This document shows positions 1 through 9,419 of a DNA stretch of 38,246 nt, piece after piece. Positions within the stretch are counted from its first letter, which is position 1, and every line of letters begins with the position of its first letter. This DNA comes from a virus (lineage: Duplodnaviria; Caudoviricetes). The notes beneath the pieces are model-generated. The model searched no databases and had not been told where the DNA came from. It saw only the letters and a list, made by a program, of their open reading frames with translations. Position numbers and translations under genes: made by a program. Location: positions 1 to 38,246 of the IMG/VR virus record IMGVR_UViG_3300037310_000419; one strand, given 5' to 3'.

Positions 1-121
1 GTGCCAATCTTGAGAGTGCCTATCTTTATCGTGCCAATCTTTCGAGTGCCAATCTTTCGAGTGCCTATCTTTATCGTGCCAATCTTTATCGTGCCAATCT
101 TTATCGTGCCAATCTTGAGAG
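1..121 (+). repeat. Terminal direct repeat (assembly circular overlap), left copy
   Basis: Identical to 38126-38246, including the order of the 15-bp unit variants. Confidence 0.9.
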
Positions 122-240
122 TGCCAATCTTTCGAGTGCCAATCTTGAGAGTGCCAATCTTGAGAGTGCCAATCTTTCGAGTGCCAATCTTTCGAGTGCC
201 AATCTTGAGAGTGCCAATCTTTCGAGTGCCAATCTTGAGA
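1..240 (+). repeat. 15-bp tandem repeat array (16 units)
   Basis: Units GTGCC(A/T)ATCTT(GAGA/TCGA/TATC), coding [20 protein letters not shown] in frame 3. Confidence 0.95.
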
Positions 241-482
241 GTGCCTATCCAATAGCCTCTGTATCTGGTGTTGGCAGCGAAAAGCGCCATGCCTTCTTCT
301 GGATTAAAGACAACTGCCTGCAAATCATCGCAGGATGTTTCAATGGCACAAAGGAGAGATTGCTGGAGCGTAGCGAGATTCAACATGGCAAAGACAGCAG
401 TCACTACAAAGGTTACCTTGCCGCGATTGCCTATGCCGAAATCATCTTAGCCGAATATTTTACCGAAACGAAACCATCCTGA
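1..482 (+). CDS. Pentapeptide-repeat protein, 3' part (gene starts at 37915)
   Basis: Frame 3 gives A(N/Y)Lxx repeats, then [36 protein letters not shown]..., TGA at 480-482; missed by the ORF track. Confidence 0.88.
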   Translation, partial: ANLESAYLYRANLSSANLSSAYLYRANLYRANLYRANLESANLSSANLESANLESANLSSANLSSANLESANLSSANLESAYPIASVSGVGSEKRHAFFWIKDNCLQIIAGCFNGTKERLLERSEIQHGKDSSHYKGYLAAIAYAEIILAEYFTETKPS

Positions 483-491
483 ATTCCCGCC

Positions 492-520
492 GTGAGATAA
501 GCCCACCTTATCTCACTAGC
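492..520. promoter_or_regulatory. Inverted-repeat site GTGAGATAA-N7-TTATCTCAC(TAGC), copy 1
   Basis: Upstream of the ORF564-parA-parB genes; second copy at 3215. Confidence 0.6.
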
Positions 521-563
521 ACTCACAACTGAAAACAGAATCATGTTCAAGAAAGGAATAGCA

Positions 564-1028
564 ATGCCCATCGAAATCAAAACAATCAGGCAGTTTATTT
601 TTCCAACCCCCCAGAAAGAAACGGATGATGAGTTGGCAGCACTCTTGAATGCTGGCTGGCAAATTATTGCGTTATCGCACCATCCCGAAGAAACGATTTT
701 GGAAGGTGATGTTACAACATTCGCTTTTCACCGCGTTGTCACACTCCAGATCGAAACCACAGACGCAAAGCCTCAATTAATCAGCAAAGAACACTATGAT
801 TTCGCCGATGGTCAGCGCGTTTACTTCGACGCCGAACTCGATACAAATCACCTACCCTTGCAAAAAGGGGATGTAGGCATGGTCATCAAAGCCAAGCACG
901 ATTTTGATTTGGACGGCGTGCTTTTTGACCGCTACGACACGGTTATCTATCTCCGCCGTGTTGATGATCGCATTGAGCCTATTCCGATTCTCGATTTCTG
1001 CCAACCCGTCCCCGAAGAAGGTAAATAA
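564..1028 (+). CDS. Hypothetical protein with C-terminal SH3-like domain shared with ParB
   Basis: AAAGGA RBS at 552-557; C-terminus aligns with an internal ParB segment. Confidence 0.75.
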   Translation: MPIEIKTIRQFIFPTPQKETDDELAALLNAGWQIIALSHHPEETILEGDVTTFAFHRVVTLQIETTDAKPQLISKEHYDFADGQRVYFDAELDTNHLPLQKGDVGMVIKAKHDFDLDGVLFDRYDTVIYLRRVDDRIEPIPILDFCQPVPEEGK

Positions 1029-1031
1029 CCC

Positions 1032-1814
1032 ATGAAAATTATCACACTCCTCAACGAAAAAGGCGGCGTTGGCAAAACCACGCTGGCCGGCACATTGGGC
1101 GCTGGCCTCGCCCTTCGCGGCTATCGCGTGCTGATGATGGATGCTGATGCCCAGGCAAACCTCACGCTGAATCTCGCATTGCCCAAAACACCGCATTTTT
1201 ATGATTTTGTGAAACGCTCCGAAATCGAAACAAAAGATTTGATTCGGCGCGTCCCGCAAGATACTTGCACAGGCCAGATTTATCTTGTCTCTGGCAATGA
1301 AGAAACATCTGGCTTGCCTTTTAGCAGCCGCGTCGCCGATATTGCCGCCATGCTCACCAAACGGTTTAAGCAGCTTGAACGCGCCTTCGACTTCGTTATT
1401 ATCGACACATCCCCCACGCCAAATACCCTGCACGATGCCATCACGCTCATCACCGATTGGATTATCTATCCCACTGATGCAGAGATGTTCAGTGTCGATG
1501 GCCTGGCATCCAGCATCAATCACACGCGCGTAAATCGGCAGGATGCCCTATCGCGCAATATGGACAAAGCTCGAATTATGGGCATCGTCGTCAACAAATT
1601 CCGCAACGTTGGCCTTCACGAAATGTTCCTCAAAGACCTGCGTGAAGAATATGGCGATTTGGTTTGGGAGCCTATTCCCCTCCGCATTGCCGTCAGCGAA
1701 TCACAATACGCCCGTGCCTTTCTCATGCAGGATGCCTCAGACATCAGCGTCACGAAAATTCTCTGGGCGTTTGTTGATCGTGTGCTTGAAACAATGGAGA
1801 AGCAAAATGTCTAA
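1032..1814 (+). CDS. parA: ParA/Soj family partition ATPase
   Basis: Deviant Walker A KGGVGKTT, DADAQAN, Walker B IIDTSP. Confidence 0.95.
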   Translation: MKIITLLNEKGGVGKTTLAGTLGAGLALRGYRVLMMDADAQANLTLNLALPKTPHFYDFVKRSEIETKDLIRRVPQDTCTGQIYLVSGNEETSGLPFSSRVADIAAMLTKRFKQLERAFDFVIIDTSPTPNTLHDAITLITDWIIYPTDAEMFSVDGLASSINHTRVNRQDALSRNMDKARIMGIVVNKFRNVGLHEMFLKDLREEYGDLVWEPIPLRIAVSESQYARAFLMQDASDISVTKILWAFVDRVLETMEKQNV

Positions 1815-3987
1815 GAAAGCATCCGAACTCAAAGCTAAATATGGCAATGCGGATAAAGAGGAATATCAACCATACAACGGGGTTGGGGATGATGTGCTGG
1901 ATGCCATCGCGGATACTGGCGAACTCATTGAATCCCTGCCTATCGCCAAAATCTTTCCAGATGTAACCCAGCCGCGTTACATCCTGCCCTCTCGCATCCG
2001 TGCCAGATGGAACGGCTCACCCGCCGCCATGCCAAAACTCCTGGAAGATTGGCAGCGCGAAGCCTTCAACAGCATCGAAAAGAAACCGCCCTATCTCCGC
2101 GATTTGCTCGAAGGCCGCGCCCAATCACAGCGCGAAGTCAAAGAATCACAGTATGGCAGCGCTGATTTGCCTGCTGTCTACACGAATTTCATCGCACTCA
2201 TTGATTTAGCCGCCAGCATTTACGAAGCCGGCCTACAGCAGCCCATCAAAGTCACCCGCGAAGGCGAAAACTATCGCATCGTCATGGGCGAACGCCGTTG
2301 GATGGCATATCAGCTTCTGAACATGGTTTTCGGCGAATACGAAAAAATCCCCGCGATCATCTCTGATTTGCACGGTTGGGAACGTGTAGTTGCCCAGGCC
2401 GATGAAAACAGCCAGCGCGAAGATTTAACGGCCATCGGCAAAGCCCGACAATTGGCACGCCTGCTCATCGAAGCACACGGCTCAGACAAATTCGATAGCT
2501 ACGCCAAAATCGTGGAAGTCTGTGACCGTCCCTATTTCGCGCAAGTCGCCAACGGCAACACGTGGGGCATTCCCCGCAATATGGGGCCAAAATTCGAGAA
2601 ATCCATGAAATGCTCTGGCGATATGCTGCGCCGTTATCGTGCATTGCTTGCACCTTTTGAGGATTTCGAGATTGATAACGCTATCTGGATGAAGGCCGAT
2701 GATGAGGCGTGGACAGAAGGGGCCATTCGCGCGATTCTTCCAGATGCCTCCTGGGGCGAAGATACCCGCACAGCTTATCTCGAATCCATACGCAAAATCA
2801 TCAACGCCAATGTCTGGCATTATGACCAGATTGCTCATCTTCGCAAGAATTCCGCTTCTCTTGTAGCGCAAGTGAAATCGAAATGGCATGGCGGCGAAGC
2901 CGTTCGCCTCACACAAAGCCTCATCGGGCAGGGCGGCGAACCCACGCTTTCCAAAGGGATTTGCGGCACTGTGGTTAAAAACAATCACAGCAGCGGCGCA
3001 ATATGGGGGGTTCTTTTTGAATCCCAGAAATATGTCATTGTCGAACGTATCGTTGATGGCCGCAAACGCTCCGTTCTCGATTTTTGCGAAATTATCCCCG
3101 AAGAAAAGAAAAGCACCCCTCGCCCATCGGGAGAGGGGCAGGGGGTGAGGGCAACTGCTGAGACAACAGCCCCTGCTCAACCCGCCGATACACCCGAATC
3201 GGCTGAAAACACTGGTGAGATAACGAAGAATTATCTCACTAGCGACACACCAGCAACCAAACCATTCATTCCACCAGCAAAGACCAATGGCGAGTTAATC
3301 ACCGAACATGCGGTGAAATATCTGGGCAAAGAAATCCGCACAAAACTCAATGAAACCGCCATCGTTCAGGGCATCGTCAGCAGCACTCACCTGAAAATCA
3401 TCATGACAGCGACTGGTGAAAAGCATCAAATCCATGTGAATGAAGTCGCCGAAATCCTGCCAGACAAAAATGCTGAGGCTGCCCCTGCTTCACCAGCCGC
3501 CGATACCCTCATAAAAGTTGGTGTCATGGTCATGACTCGTGCTGGTCATATCGGCACTGTTCAGAAAATCAGCGGCCGCCAGGCAATGGTTCAAACCGTT
3601 AACGGCGCAAATCCCCATTACATTGATACCCTTCGCCGCCTTTCATCCGAAGAAGTATCCGCCCATTTAGGCGAATCCCCCTCCATGCGAAGCGGGGAGG
3701 GGCTAGGGGTGGGGATGAAACCCGCGATTGATGGCGATGCCCGTGAACTGCTGGCGATTTTCATGCAGCTTGCCAACTTTCTTGGCAATGCCCAGAGTAT
3801 CCGTAGCCTTAACGAGCTGGCAGACCTCAGCATGGAAGAAGCCACAAGCTATTTTCATGCCAACACCTTGCACGAAGTGTTCAAAACCCATTTTCGCGAA
3901 CTTGGGGCCACGCTGGAACATGCACGCCTGAAATTTGGCGGCGAACTCGATGCCATTGAAGAACGTCTGGCGGTGCAAAATGATTGA
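1807..3987 (+). CDS. parB: ParB/Spo0J family protein with long C-terminal extension
   Basis: QPR motif, GLQQPIKV...IVMGERRW, ENSQREDL; ATG 1807 overlaps the end of parA. Confidence 0.88.
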   Translation: MSKKASELKAKYGNADKEEYQPYNGVGDDVLDAIADTGELIESLPIAKIFPDVTQPRYILPSRIRARWNGSPAAMPKLLEDWQREAFNSIEKKPPYLRDLLEGRAQSQREVKESQYGSADLPAVYTNFIALIDLAASIYEAGLQQPIKVTREGENYRIVMGERRWMAYQLLNMVFGEYEKIPAIISDLHGWERVVAQADENSQREDLTAIGKARQLARLLIEAHGSDKFDSYAKIVEVCDRPYFAQVANGNTWGIPRNMGPKFEKSMKCSGDMLRRYRALLAPFEDFEIDNAIWMKADDEAWTEGAIRAILPDASWGEDTRTAYLESIRKIINANVWHYDQIAHLRKNSASLVAQVKSKWHGGEAVRLTQSLIGQGGEPTLSKGICGTVVKNNHSSGAIWGVLFESQKYVIVERIVDGRKRSVLDFCEIIPEEKKSTPRPSGEGQGVRATAETTAPAQPADTPESAENTGEITKNYLTSDTPATKPFIPPAKTNGELITEHAVKYLGKEIRTKLNETAIVQGIVSSTHLKIIMTATGEKHQIHVNEVAEILPDKNAEAAPASPAADTLIKVGVMVMTRAGHIGTVQKISGRQAMVQTVNGANPHYIDTLRRLSSEEVSAHLGESPSMRSGEGLGVGMKPAIDGDARELLAIFMQLANFLGNAQSIRSLNELADLSMEEATSYFHANTLHEVFKTHFRELGATLEHARLKFGGELDAIEERLAVQND
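3116..3152 (+). repeat. REP-like hairpin plus G-rich repeat R1 (in-frame in parB)
   Basis: CCCCTCGCCCATCGGGAGAGGGGCAGGGGGTGAGGGC. Confidence 0.75.
3215..3243. promoter_or_regulatory. Inverted-repeat site GTGAGATAA-N7-TTATCTCAC(TAGC), copy 2
   Basis: Same arms, spacing and TAGC tail as 492-520; inside parB. Confidence 0.6.
3676..3715 (+). repeat. REP-like hairpin plus G-rich repeat R2 (in-frame in parB)
   Basis: TCCCCCTCCATGCGAAGCGGGGAGGGGCTAGGGGTGGGGA. Confidence 0.8.
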
Positions 3988-4237
3988 CCAGCTCATCTTA
4001 ACCATCGGCAGCAAACAAATCCTTTTCACGCTGACGGAAGATGCCCTTCTCATCAGTGAAGCGGTCTATCACGAAAAACACGTTTGCTTCAAGCAACGCC
4101 TCAAAATTCAGCCTGGCGCATGGTCACCACAGGATATTTATCCCCTGAGTGAACATGAAGATGAGCTTCGTTTGCTTCGTTGGCTCGAAATGCACTTAGC
4201 CGAACGCCGCAAGGCACAACTGGAAGAGGCCAACTAA
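3980..4237 (+). CDS. Hypothetical protein
   Basis: ATG 3980 overlaps the end of parB; operon packing. Confidence 0.65.
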   Translation: MIDQLILTIGSKQILFTLTEDALLISEAVYHEKHVCFKQRLKIQPGAWSPQDIYPLSEHEDELRLLRWLEMHLAERRKAQLEEAN

Positions 4238-4238
4238 G

Positions 4239-5132
4239 ATGCTTGCTCGTGAGATTCCGTCTCCATTCATCGTCACCACACGCCTGATTCCGCCGCGTGC
4301 CTGGCTGCCGAAGCTCGTGAAGCTCCGCGATTTGATGCTGGCTTTGGGCGGCTCAGAGATTGCGACTGTTGAAGCGCTCTGTCGGGAAATCGCTGGCGAT
4401 TATGTCGCTGGCGATATTCTCAACGAACTCTTGCGCCTTTTCCCGATGGGGATTCGCGCAGATGGCGGCGTTTGGAAAGAAGAAAAATATTGGAAAACCC
4501 ACTTCGCTCTCAGCCGCTACAAGATGAACAAGGCACGCGCCAAACTCGCGCCCTTCATCCGTGCCGAAGTCATCAAATCAGGCAAAGCCCCAACATGGCA
4601 TTACTGGCCGAAGCCCGAAGCCATCGTTTCAGCGTTGGCGAAAATCTATGGCAAATCAGAAACCTTCATCGAAGCCATCTGCTTTGAGGAAGTCGAAGTT
4701 TCGCAAATCGAAATGCAAGGATTCGTTCAAAGTCGAAATACAACACTTCGGCAAAAATCCATAACATCACCTGATACAGGTGAACCATCAGATTCAGATG
4801 ATGATGAAAAAATCATCCATCTGTCCTCGATGAAGGAAGTTTTCAAAGAAACTGCCAGCGATAACGAAATCGTGGGCTTGCTGGTGAGGAATGGGGTTTG
4901 GCGTTCTGTAGCCCGAGCCTATGCCGATTTGCCGCGCCATGAAATCGAAGCCTTGATAACCCGCGCCAGAGCCGCCGAAAAAGCCGGCAAGGTACAGCAG
5001 GATTATCCCGGCTATCTCGCCGCCAGCCTGAAAAATCTCAAACAATCCCGGTCAGAAGACTGCTCTGTGAAAAAAGATGCAAACGCGCCGAAAGCCGTCG
5101 GCAAATGGTCAGATTTTGCCAGCCAACCGTGA
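4239..5132 (+). CDS. Putative phage replication initiator (N-terminal winged HTH)
   Basis: W..EEKYWKTHFALSRYKMNKARAKL HTH-like segment, acidic linker, C-terminal YPGYLAASLKN; position after parAB. Confidence 0.55.
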   Translation: MLAREIPSPFIVTTRLIPPRAWLPKLVKLRDLMLALGGSEIATVEALCREIAGDYVAGDILNELLRLFPMGIRADGGVWKEEKYWKTHFALSRYKMNKARAKLAPFIRAEVIKSGKAPTWHYWPKPEAIVSALAKIYGKSETFIEAICFEEVEVSQIEMQGFVQSRNTTLRQKSITSPDTGEPSDSDDDEKIIHLSSMKEVFKETASDNEIVGLLVRNGVWRSVARAYADLPRHEIEALITRARAAEKAGKVQQDYPGYLAASLKNLKQSRSEDCSVKKDANAPKAVGKWSDFASQP

Positions 5133-5143
5133 CAATTGTCACG
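5128..5143. promoter_or_regulatory. 16-bp palindrome CGTGACAATTGTCACG (candidate parS), copy 1
   Basis: Perfect palindrome overlapping the stop codon of the 4239 gene. Confidence 0.7.
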
Positions 5144-5174
5144 CTTCATATCATTTTAGAAAAGGAAATTAACC

Positions 5175-6290
5175 ATGTCCCAACCTATCGCACGCGAAAC
5201 AATCGCCCTCATCATCAATCTGCTCAGCCCCTATATGAGCGTCAATTATGAGAACGTCATGGCGGCCCTGTTTGCCTCCGATATTGATTTCGCATCCGTC
5301 CGCGAAGCCGTCAAAAATCAGGCTCATGTCGGCAACTCTGCCCTTATCGCCCTTGTTCAGCATGGCTTGGAAAAGCAGCTTGATTTCATTCATCCCAACT
5401 GGACAGAGCAAACCATCACCAGCATCGAAAAACGCATCGCTGGCAGCGGCAACATCACATGGAAATGCGAACTCCTGAATCGGGATAAACCCCTCTTCAT
5501 CCGCCAGCAGAACAAAGCGCTTTTTGTGGAGCATTATCCGCAAATCGAAGATATGGCGCTCAATTTTGTCCATACCGCCGAAATCAAAGTCTACACCTCC
5601 CCCGATGGCGATTTCCTGAAGCTGGAGAAAGTTATTCCCGGTGGCAAACTGAATTACATCAAAGTCACCGCCGACAATTTAACCGCCGAAAACACGCGCC
5701 GCCAGGCCGAAGCCGTTCACGAGCTGGGCGATTTAACAACCGCCGCCTATGCCGATTTTGAATCGACTTGCCTGGGCGAAAAAGCCGAAATTGTTCAAGC
5801 GGGTCTTGTCATTGTCGATTATGGCACCTGCGAGAAAATCAAATTTCTCATCAAGCCCGAAGAACCCGAAAACCTTAGCCTTATCACCAAAGGCAAATCC
5901 GCCCAGGATATTCACGGCATCAGCGCCGAAATGCTGACAAACGAAAAACCCTTTGAGGAATTCTACGCGCTGCTGCAAAAGCACATCGAAGGCAAAACAC
6001 TTGTGACCTATGGCGACTTTGATTTGAAGCTGCTGACTCAGGTTTGCGAACGTCACGAACTCGCGCCCATCGTTCCCAGCCGCCATGTCAATCTTATGAG
6101 CATCTATGCCAAATATCACGGCGAAGCGGGTTTCATCCCAGGCGATTACAAATGGCAAAGCCTCGAAGCCGCCTACAAGCAAATGACTGCTGAAGATTTC
6201 GTTGGCGCTCATGATGCCCTTTGTGATGCTGAAGCGCTCCAAACTATCGTTCTCAAGATGCAATCCAGCATCGAATCAGCGGAGGGCTAA
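5175..6290 (+). CDS. DEDDh 3'-5' exonuclease (DnaQ-like) with N-terminal extension
   Basis: ExoI DFEST, IHGIS, ExoII YGDFD, ExoIII HDALCDA. Confidence 0.88.
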   Translation: MSQPIARETIALIINLLSPYMSVNYENVMAALFASDIDFASVREAVKNQAHVGNSALIALVQHGLEKQLDFIHPNWTEQTITSIEKRIAGSGNITWKCELLNRDKPLFIRQQNKALFVEHYPQIEDMALNFVHTAEIKVYTSPDGDFLKLEKVIPGGKLNYIKVTADNLTAENTRRQAEAVHELGDLTTAAYADFESTCLGEKAEIVQAGLVIVDYGTCEKIKFLIKPEEPENLSLITKGKSAQDIHGISAEMLTNEKPFEEFYALLQKHIEGKTLVTYGDFDLKLLTQVCERHELAPIVPSRHVNLMSIYAKYHGEAGFIPGDYKWQSLEAAYKQMTAEDFVGAHDALCDAEALQTIVLKMQSSIESAEG

Positions 6291-6294
6291 GGAC

Positions 6295-7086
6295 ATGGCT
6301 AAAAAAGGCAGTGGTAACTCAATTGAAGATATTCGTGCCGCAATCATCGAGGCAAAAGGCGATGCTCTGCGTGCAGCAGAACTCTTGGGAGTAACGCGGA
6401 CAAGCTTCTATAACTACATGCACAAAAATCCAGAATTGGCGGCCTTGCGTGATGCCCAGAAACAAGCGGCGAAATCCAATTCTCCGATGGCTGAGGATGT
6501 GCTTAAAAGTGAAGATGACCCGGATGATGCCCCTGTCCTTACGCCAAAGCAGTTGGAGATTCTTGAATTTGTCGATAAAGAAAGCGGCAACGAAGGATTG
6601 CGAGCTTGTGTAAGCACATTTGGCACAGCGGTTTTGCTCAAATTGGAGCAAAGAGGCTTTATCAAGCTGCGTTATGAAGATGGCGGCAAGTGGGCGATAT
6701 TAACAGAGAATGGCGATATTGCCAGACTTTGGCATGTGATTTATGGCAGTCGTGAATGGGAATTGCAGCAAGGCTACAAGCGGAATCGCACGGAAGATAA
6801 GAATCCTCAAAACCCTCAGAGCAATTTTATCCAACCCATTGAGGATGAAGTGCCAGCGCTGGGGACTTCTTTGGGCAACCATGTCGTTGCGCTTCCTCCG
6901 CCCAATCCTGTTTCAACCAGACAAGAAGTCTCATGCGCGAATTGTGCTGAATGCTCTCATCGAGATGTTCTGGAATATTTGATTGCCGAGTATCCAGAAG
7001 TCAAAAGCCTTTACGAGCATGTCGCCGCGATAAAAGCCCATGAAAAAGAAGCCGCAGCAGTTTTGCAAAAGCTGAAAGGGCAATAA
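6295..7086 (+). CDS. DNA-binding protein with Fis-type HTH and winged-helix-like domain
   Basis: GDALRAAELLGVTRTSFYNY; LTPKQLEIL...LEQRGFI...LTENG; CxxCxxC near the C-terminus. Confidence 0.65.
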   Translation: MAKKGSGNSIEDIRAAIIEAKGDALRAAELLGVTRTSFYNYMHKNPELAALRDAQKQAAKSNSPMAEDVLKSEDDPDDAPVLTPKQLEILEFVDKESGNEGLRACVSTFGTAVLLKLEQRGFIKLRYEDGGKWAILTENGDIARLWHVIYGSREWELQQGYKRNRTEDKNPQNPQSNFIQPIEDEVPALGTSLGNHVVALPPPNPVSTRQEVSCANCAECSHRDVLEYLIAEYPEVKSLYEHVAAIKAHEKEAAAVLQKLKGQ

Positions 7087-7089
7087 GCC

Positions 7090-7542
7090 ATGAATCCGCG
7101 CAAAGCCAAAGTAACCCACATCGAAAAATGGGGAAGCTACCTTTCGCGGCGCGATGGTGGGATGCGCTGTCACTATTGCAGCATCCCCCTCATTCGTGGC
7201 TTCAAAAACAATCTCGAAGCCATTGAATCTCTCAAAAAAAATGGCTTCGGCCTGGCAACAGTTGACCATATCGTGCCGTTGTCAAAAGGCGGCAGCAACG
7301 AACCCTGGAATATGGTTTTAGCCTGCCTCGATTGCAACGAAGCCAAAGGCGATAGCAGCTATCGCCAGTTCCTGAAAACCATCCGTCTCAAGAAAACGAT
7401 TGGAGCTTATCCATGTCACAAGGAAACATCATCCCGCTTCACGAAGCCCGACAAATTGCCGCCGACTTCATGGAATACATTCACGGAGTCAGCCACTTCG
7501 CCGAAGTCGCTGGCAGCGTTCGCCGCCTCAAACCCAGCGTGA
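7090..7542 (+). CDS. HNH endonuclease
   Basis: CHYC...TVDHIVPLSKGGSN..WNMVLACLDCNEAKG. Confidence 0.9.
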   Translation: MNPRKAKVTHIEKWGSYLSRRDGGMRCHYCSIPLIRGFKNNLEAIESLKKNGFGLATVDHIVPLSKGGSNEPWNMVLACLDCNEAKGDSSYRQFLKTIRLKKTIGAYPCHKETSSRFTKPDKLPPTSWNTFTESATSPKSLAAFAASNPA

Positions 7543-8087
7543 GCGATATTGATATTGTGATTCAACCTCACAACACAGCCGCCATCTGGAATCGCATAGA
7601 TGTGATGCTCGATAACGGCACCGTTCGGAAAGCCATTTATGGCGATGGTAAAACCCGTTGGGGCGAAACCTATCGCGGCTGCCTTTTCATGGGCATGAAA
7701 GTTGAAATTCATCTCTGCACGCCCGAAAATCGCGGTTACATCTATTGGCTTTATACGGGCGACGGCGACAAAAATCAGTATGTCATGCGCAAACTCATCG
7801 AGCACCAGAGCCTGATTCGCTTTCATGATGGCAGCGCCTGGCACGTCAGCTATGACAAAAATCACCCTAAATTTAATGTCGGCTTCGGCTATGCCAAACT
7901 CGCCAGACTCGCCGTTCCCGATGAGCAAACCTTTTACACCTTAATCGGGATGCCCTTCATCGCGCCGCACAACCGCAGCGAAATCACTTATCGCCGTTAT
8001 CTTGAACGCGCCATCAATGTCCCGCCGCTCGAAGCCATCCAGCTTCGCTATGCCGAAGAAGCTCAGAAGCAGGGGCGTTTGTTCTGA
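7413..8087 (+). CDS. DNA polymerase X/beta-like nucleotidyltransferase
   Basis: AGSVRR....SDIDIVI motif; LYTG resembles PolX YFTGS. Confidence 0.8.
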   Translation: MSQGNIIPLHEARQIAADFMEYIHGVSHFAEVAGSVRRLKPSVSDIDIVIQPHNTAAIWNRIDVMLDNGTVRKAIYGDGKTRWGETYRGCLFMGMKVEIHLCTPENRGYIYWLYTGDGDKNQYVMRKLIEHQSLIRFHDGSAWHVSYDKNHPKFNVGFGYAKLARLAVPDEQTFYTLIGMPFIAPHNRSEITYRRYLERAINVPPLEAIQLRYAEEAQKQGRLF

Positions 8088-8338
8088 TGGAGCGCAATCG
8101 TTACAAAATTCACGTTTGGGAAATTACTCTGAACCATCTCAGCCATCACGATATTGTGTGGCAAGACAGAGAAGGTAATTTCTGGCAGCTCATTCTTCTC
8201 ATCGGCATTGATTCGCGTTGGCGCATGGTTGGAGGTCAATACTACAAGTGGCTGATTTTCCATCCAAATGGCGGTTATCGAATTCACAACATCGAATCAA
8301 ACGTGTTTGTTTACCTCGATGCCCTGACGAAAGAATAG
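8087..8338 (+). CDS. Hypothetical protein
   Basis: Stop/start overlap (TGATG) with the upstream gene. Confidence 0.6.
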   Translation: MERNRYKIHVWEITLNHLSHHDIVWQDREGNFWQLILLIGIDSRWRMVGGQYYKWLIFHPNGGYRIHNIESNVFVYLDALTKE

Positions 8339-8458
8339 TTTTAGGTATTAGACAGAGGGCTACCTTCTGGCTGTACAAGAGATGAAGCAGGGCGGGAACT
8401 AAGAGACCCCGCCCAAAATTATCGAAAACGGGCAACGCCCAATAACGGAGGTTCTACT

Positions 8459-8752
8459 ATGAAATGGTTGGTTTACCCCATTGGCGAACACAAAGAACGG
8501 CTTATGCAGAATGTCGGTCTTGACCACTATACGCTTCTGAATAAACCCGAAAAAGAGCGCAATCCACTTTATCCAGTCGAAGATATTTACACCTTTCATT
8601 TTTCTGACATCGAAGAAGAAAAAGTAAAGGCTTCGATGGTCAATAAAACGGCTGAATCGCGAGGCATCAGCGAAGAAGATGCGCTTCATACTCTGCTGAT
8701 GTCATGGCAAGGTGTTCCAGTGTCGCATGTGAAGATTGTTGAGGTGGAATAG
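8459..8752 (+). CDS. Hypothetical protein
   Basis: GGAGG RBS, 97 aa. Confidence 0.7.
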   Translation: MKWLVYPIGEHKERLMQNVGLDHYTLLNKPEKERNPLYPVEDIYTFHFSDIEEEKVKASMVNKTAESRGISEEDALHTLLMSWQGVPVSHVKIVEVE

Positions 8753-8754
8753 CC

Positions 8755-9309
8755 ATGTTGATGAAAGAAGAGTTGGCGAAGCTGGTCATTGAAGGCGTGA
8801 AGACGCAAACACGGCGGCCTATCAAATCTGGCGAATCGCTCGTGACGATTGATGGCGTGACAACTGTCATGGCGGGCAACGGCAAGCGGATTAAGTATCA
8901 GGTTGGGCGGGAATATTCCCTGCAATATGGGCGTGGTTTGCCTACTCGCTATTGGCATAAAGGCGAAGGGCTGATGGATTGGGAATTCTATCAGGATGCT
9001 CTCGCCCAGGAAGGCGAAAACTTTCACAAGATAAGCGGTCTCATGGGATGGAAACCCCTCAAAATCAAGCTGCTGGATATTTGTGAGGAGGATGTGCGGA
9101 CGATTTCAGAGCAAGATGCTATCTGCGAAGGCTTTGAGCATCCTGAAGATACAGCACGCTGGGGTTTCATTGAAACGTGGGCAGGCTTCTATGATAAGCC
9201 TATCGCTAAGGCCATGAAATCATCTGAGGCATTCTTCATGCCGTTATTGAATGCACGCCCAGAAAAACTCTATCTGGCGTGGGCGCTGAAATTCGAGGTG
9301 GTGAGATGA
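8755..9309 (+). CDS. ASCH/PUA-like domain protein
   Basis: GVKTQTRRP and ISEQDAICEGF motifs typical of phage ASCH-like proteins. Confidence 0.75.
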   Translation: MLMKEELAKLVIEGVKTQTRRPIKSGESLVTIDGVTTVMAGNGKRIKYQVGREYSLQYGRGLPTRYWHKGEGLMDWEFYQDALAQEGENFHKISGLMGWKPLKIKLLDICEEDVRTISEQDAICEGFEHPEDTARWGFIETWAGFYDKPIAKAMKSSEAFFMPLLNARPEKLYLAWALKFEVVR

Positions 9310-9416
9310 ATAACTCAATCGAGCAAATGAATATATACGAGCTTCTTCACGAATTGAACGAAATCTATATGATGCTCGAATCAACCTTCGATTCGCTAGA
9401 TGCACAGGATGAATAA
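9306..9416 (+). CDS. Small acidic hypothetical protein (36 aa)
   Basis: ATGA overlap with the upstream gene; MNNSIEQMNIYELLHELNEIYMMLESTFDSLDAQDE. Confidence 0.5.
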   Translation: MNNSIEQMNIYELLHELNEIYMMLESTFDSLDAQDE

Positions 9417-9419
9417 ACT

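Noticed and set aside
1-240. CRISPR array, iterons or telomere-like ends
   Set aside because: No spacers or cas genes; the units are in-frame coding repeats and the end identity is explained by circular overlap
1-255. ORF-track protein of [10 protein letters not shown] repeats
   Set aside because: Wrong frame; frame 3 gives canonical A(N)Lxx pentapeptides continuous with an RBS-led ATG at 37915
1543-1806. N-terminal extension of ParB in the ORF track
   Set aside because: Overlaps parA; ATG 1807 after GGAG fits translational coupling
5128-5143. 16-bp palindromes as CRP-family sites (GTGA-N6-TCAC)
   Set aside because: The geometry fits, but the spacer is identical in all five copies and two are mid-gene, which fits a fully specified site better; not fully excluded
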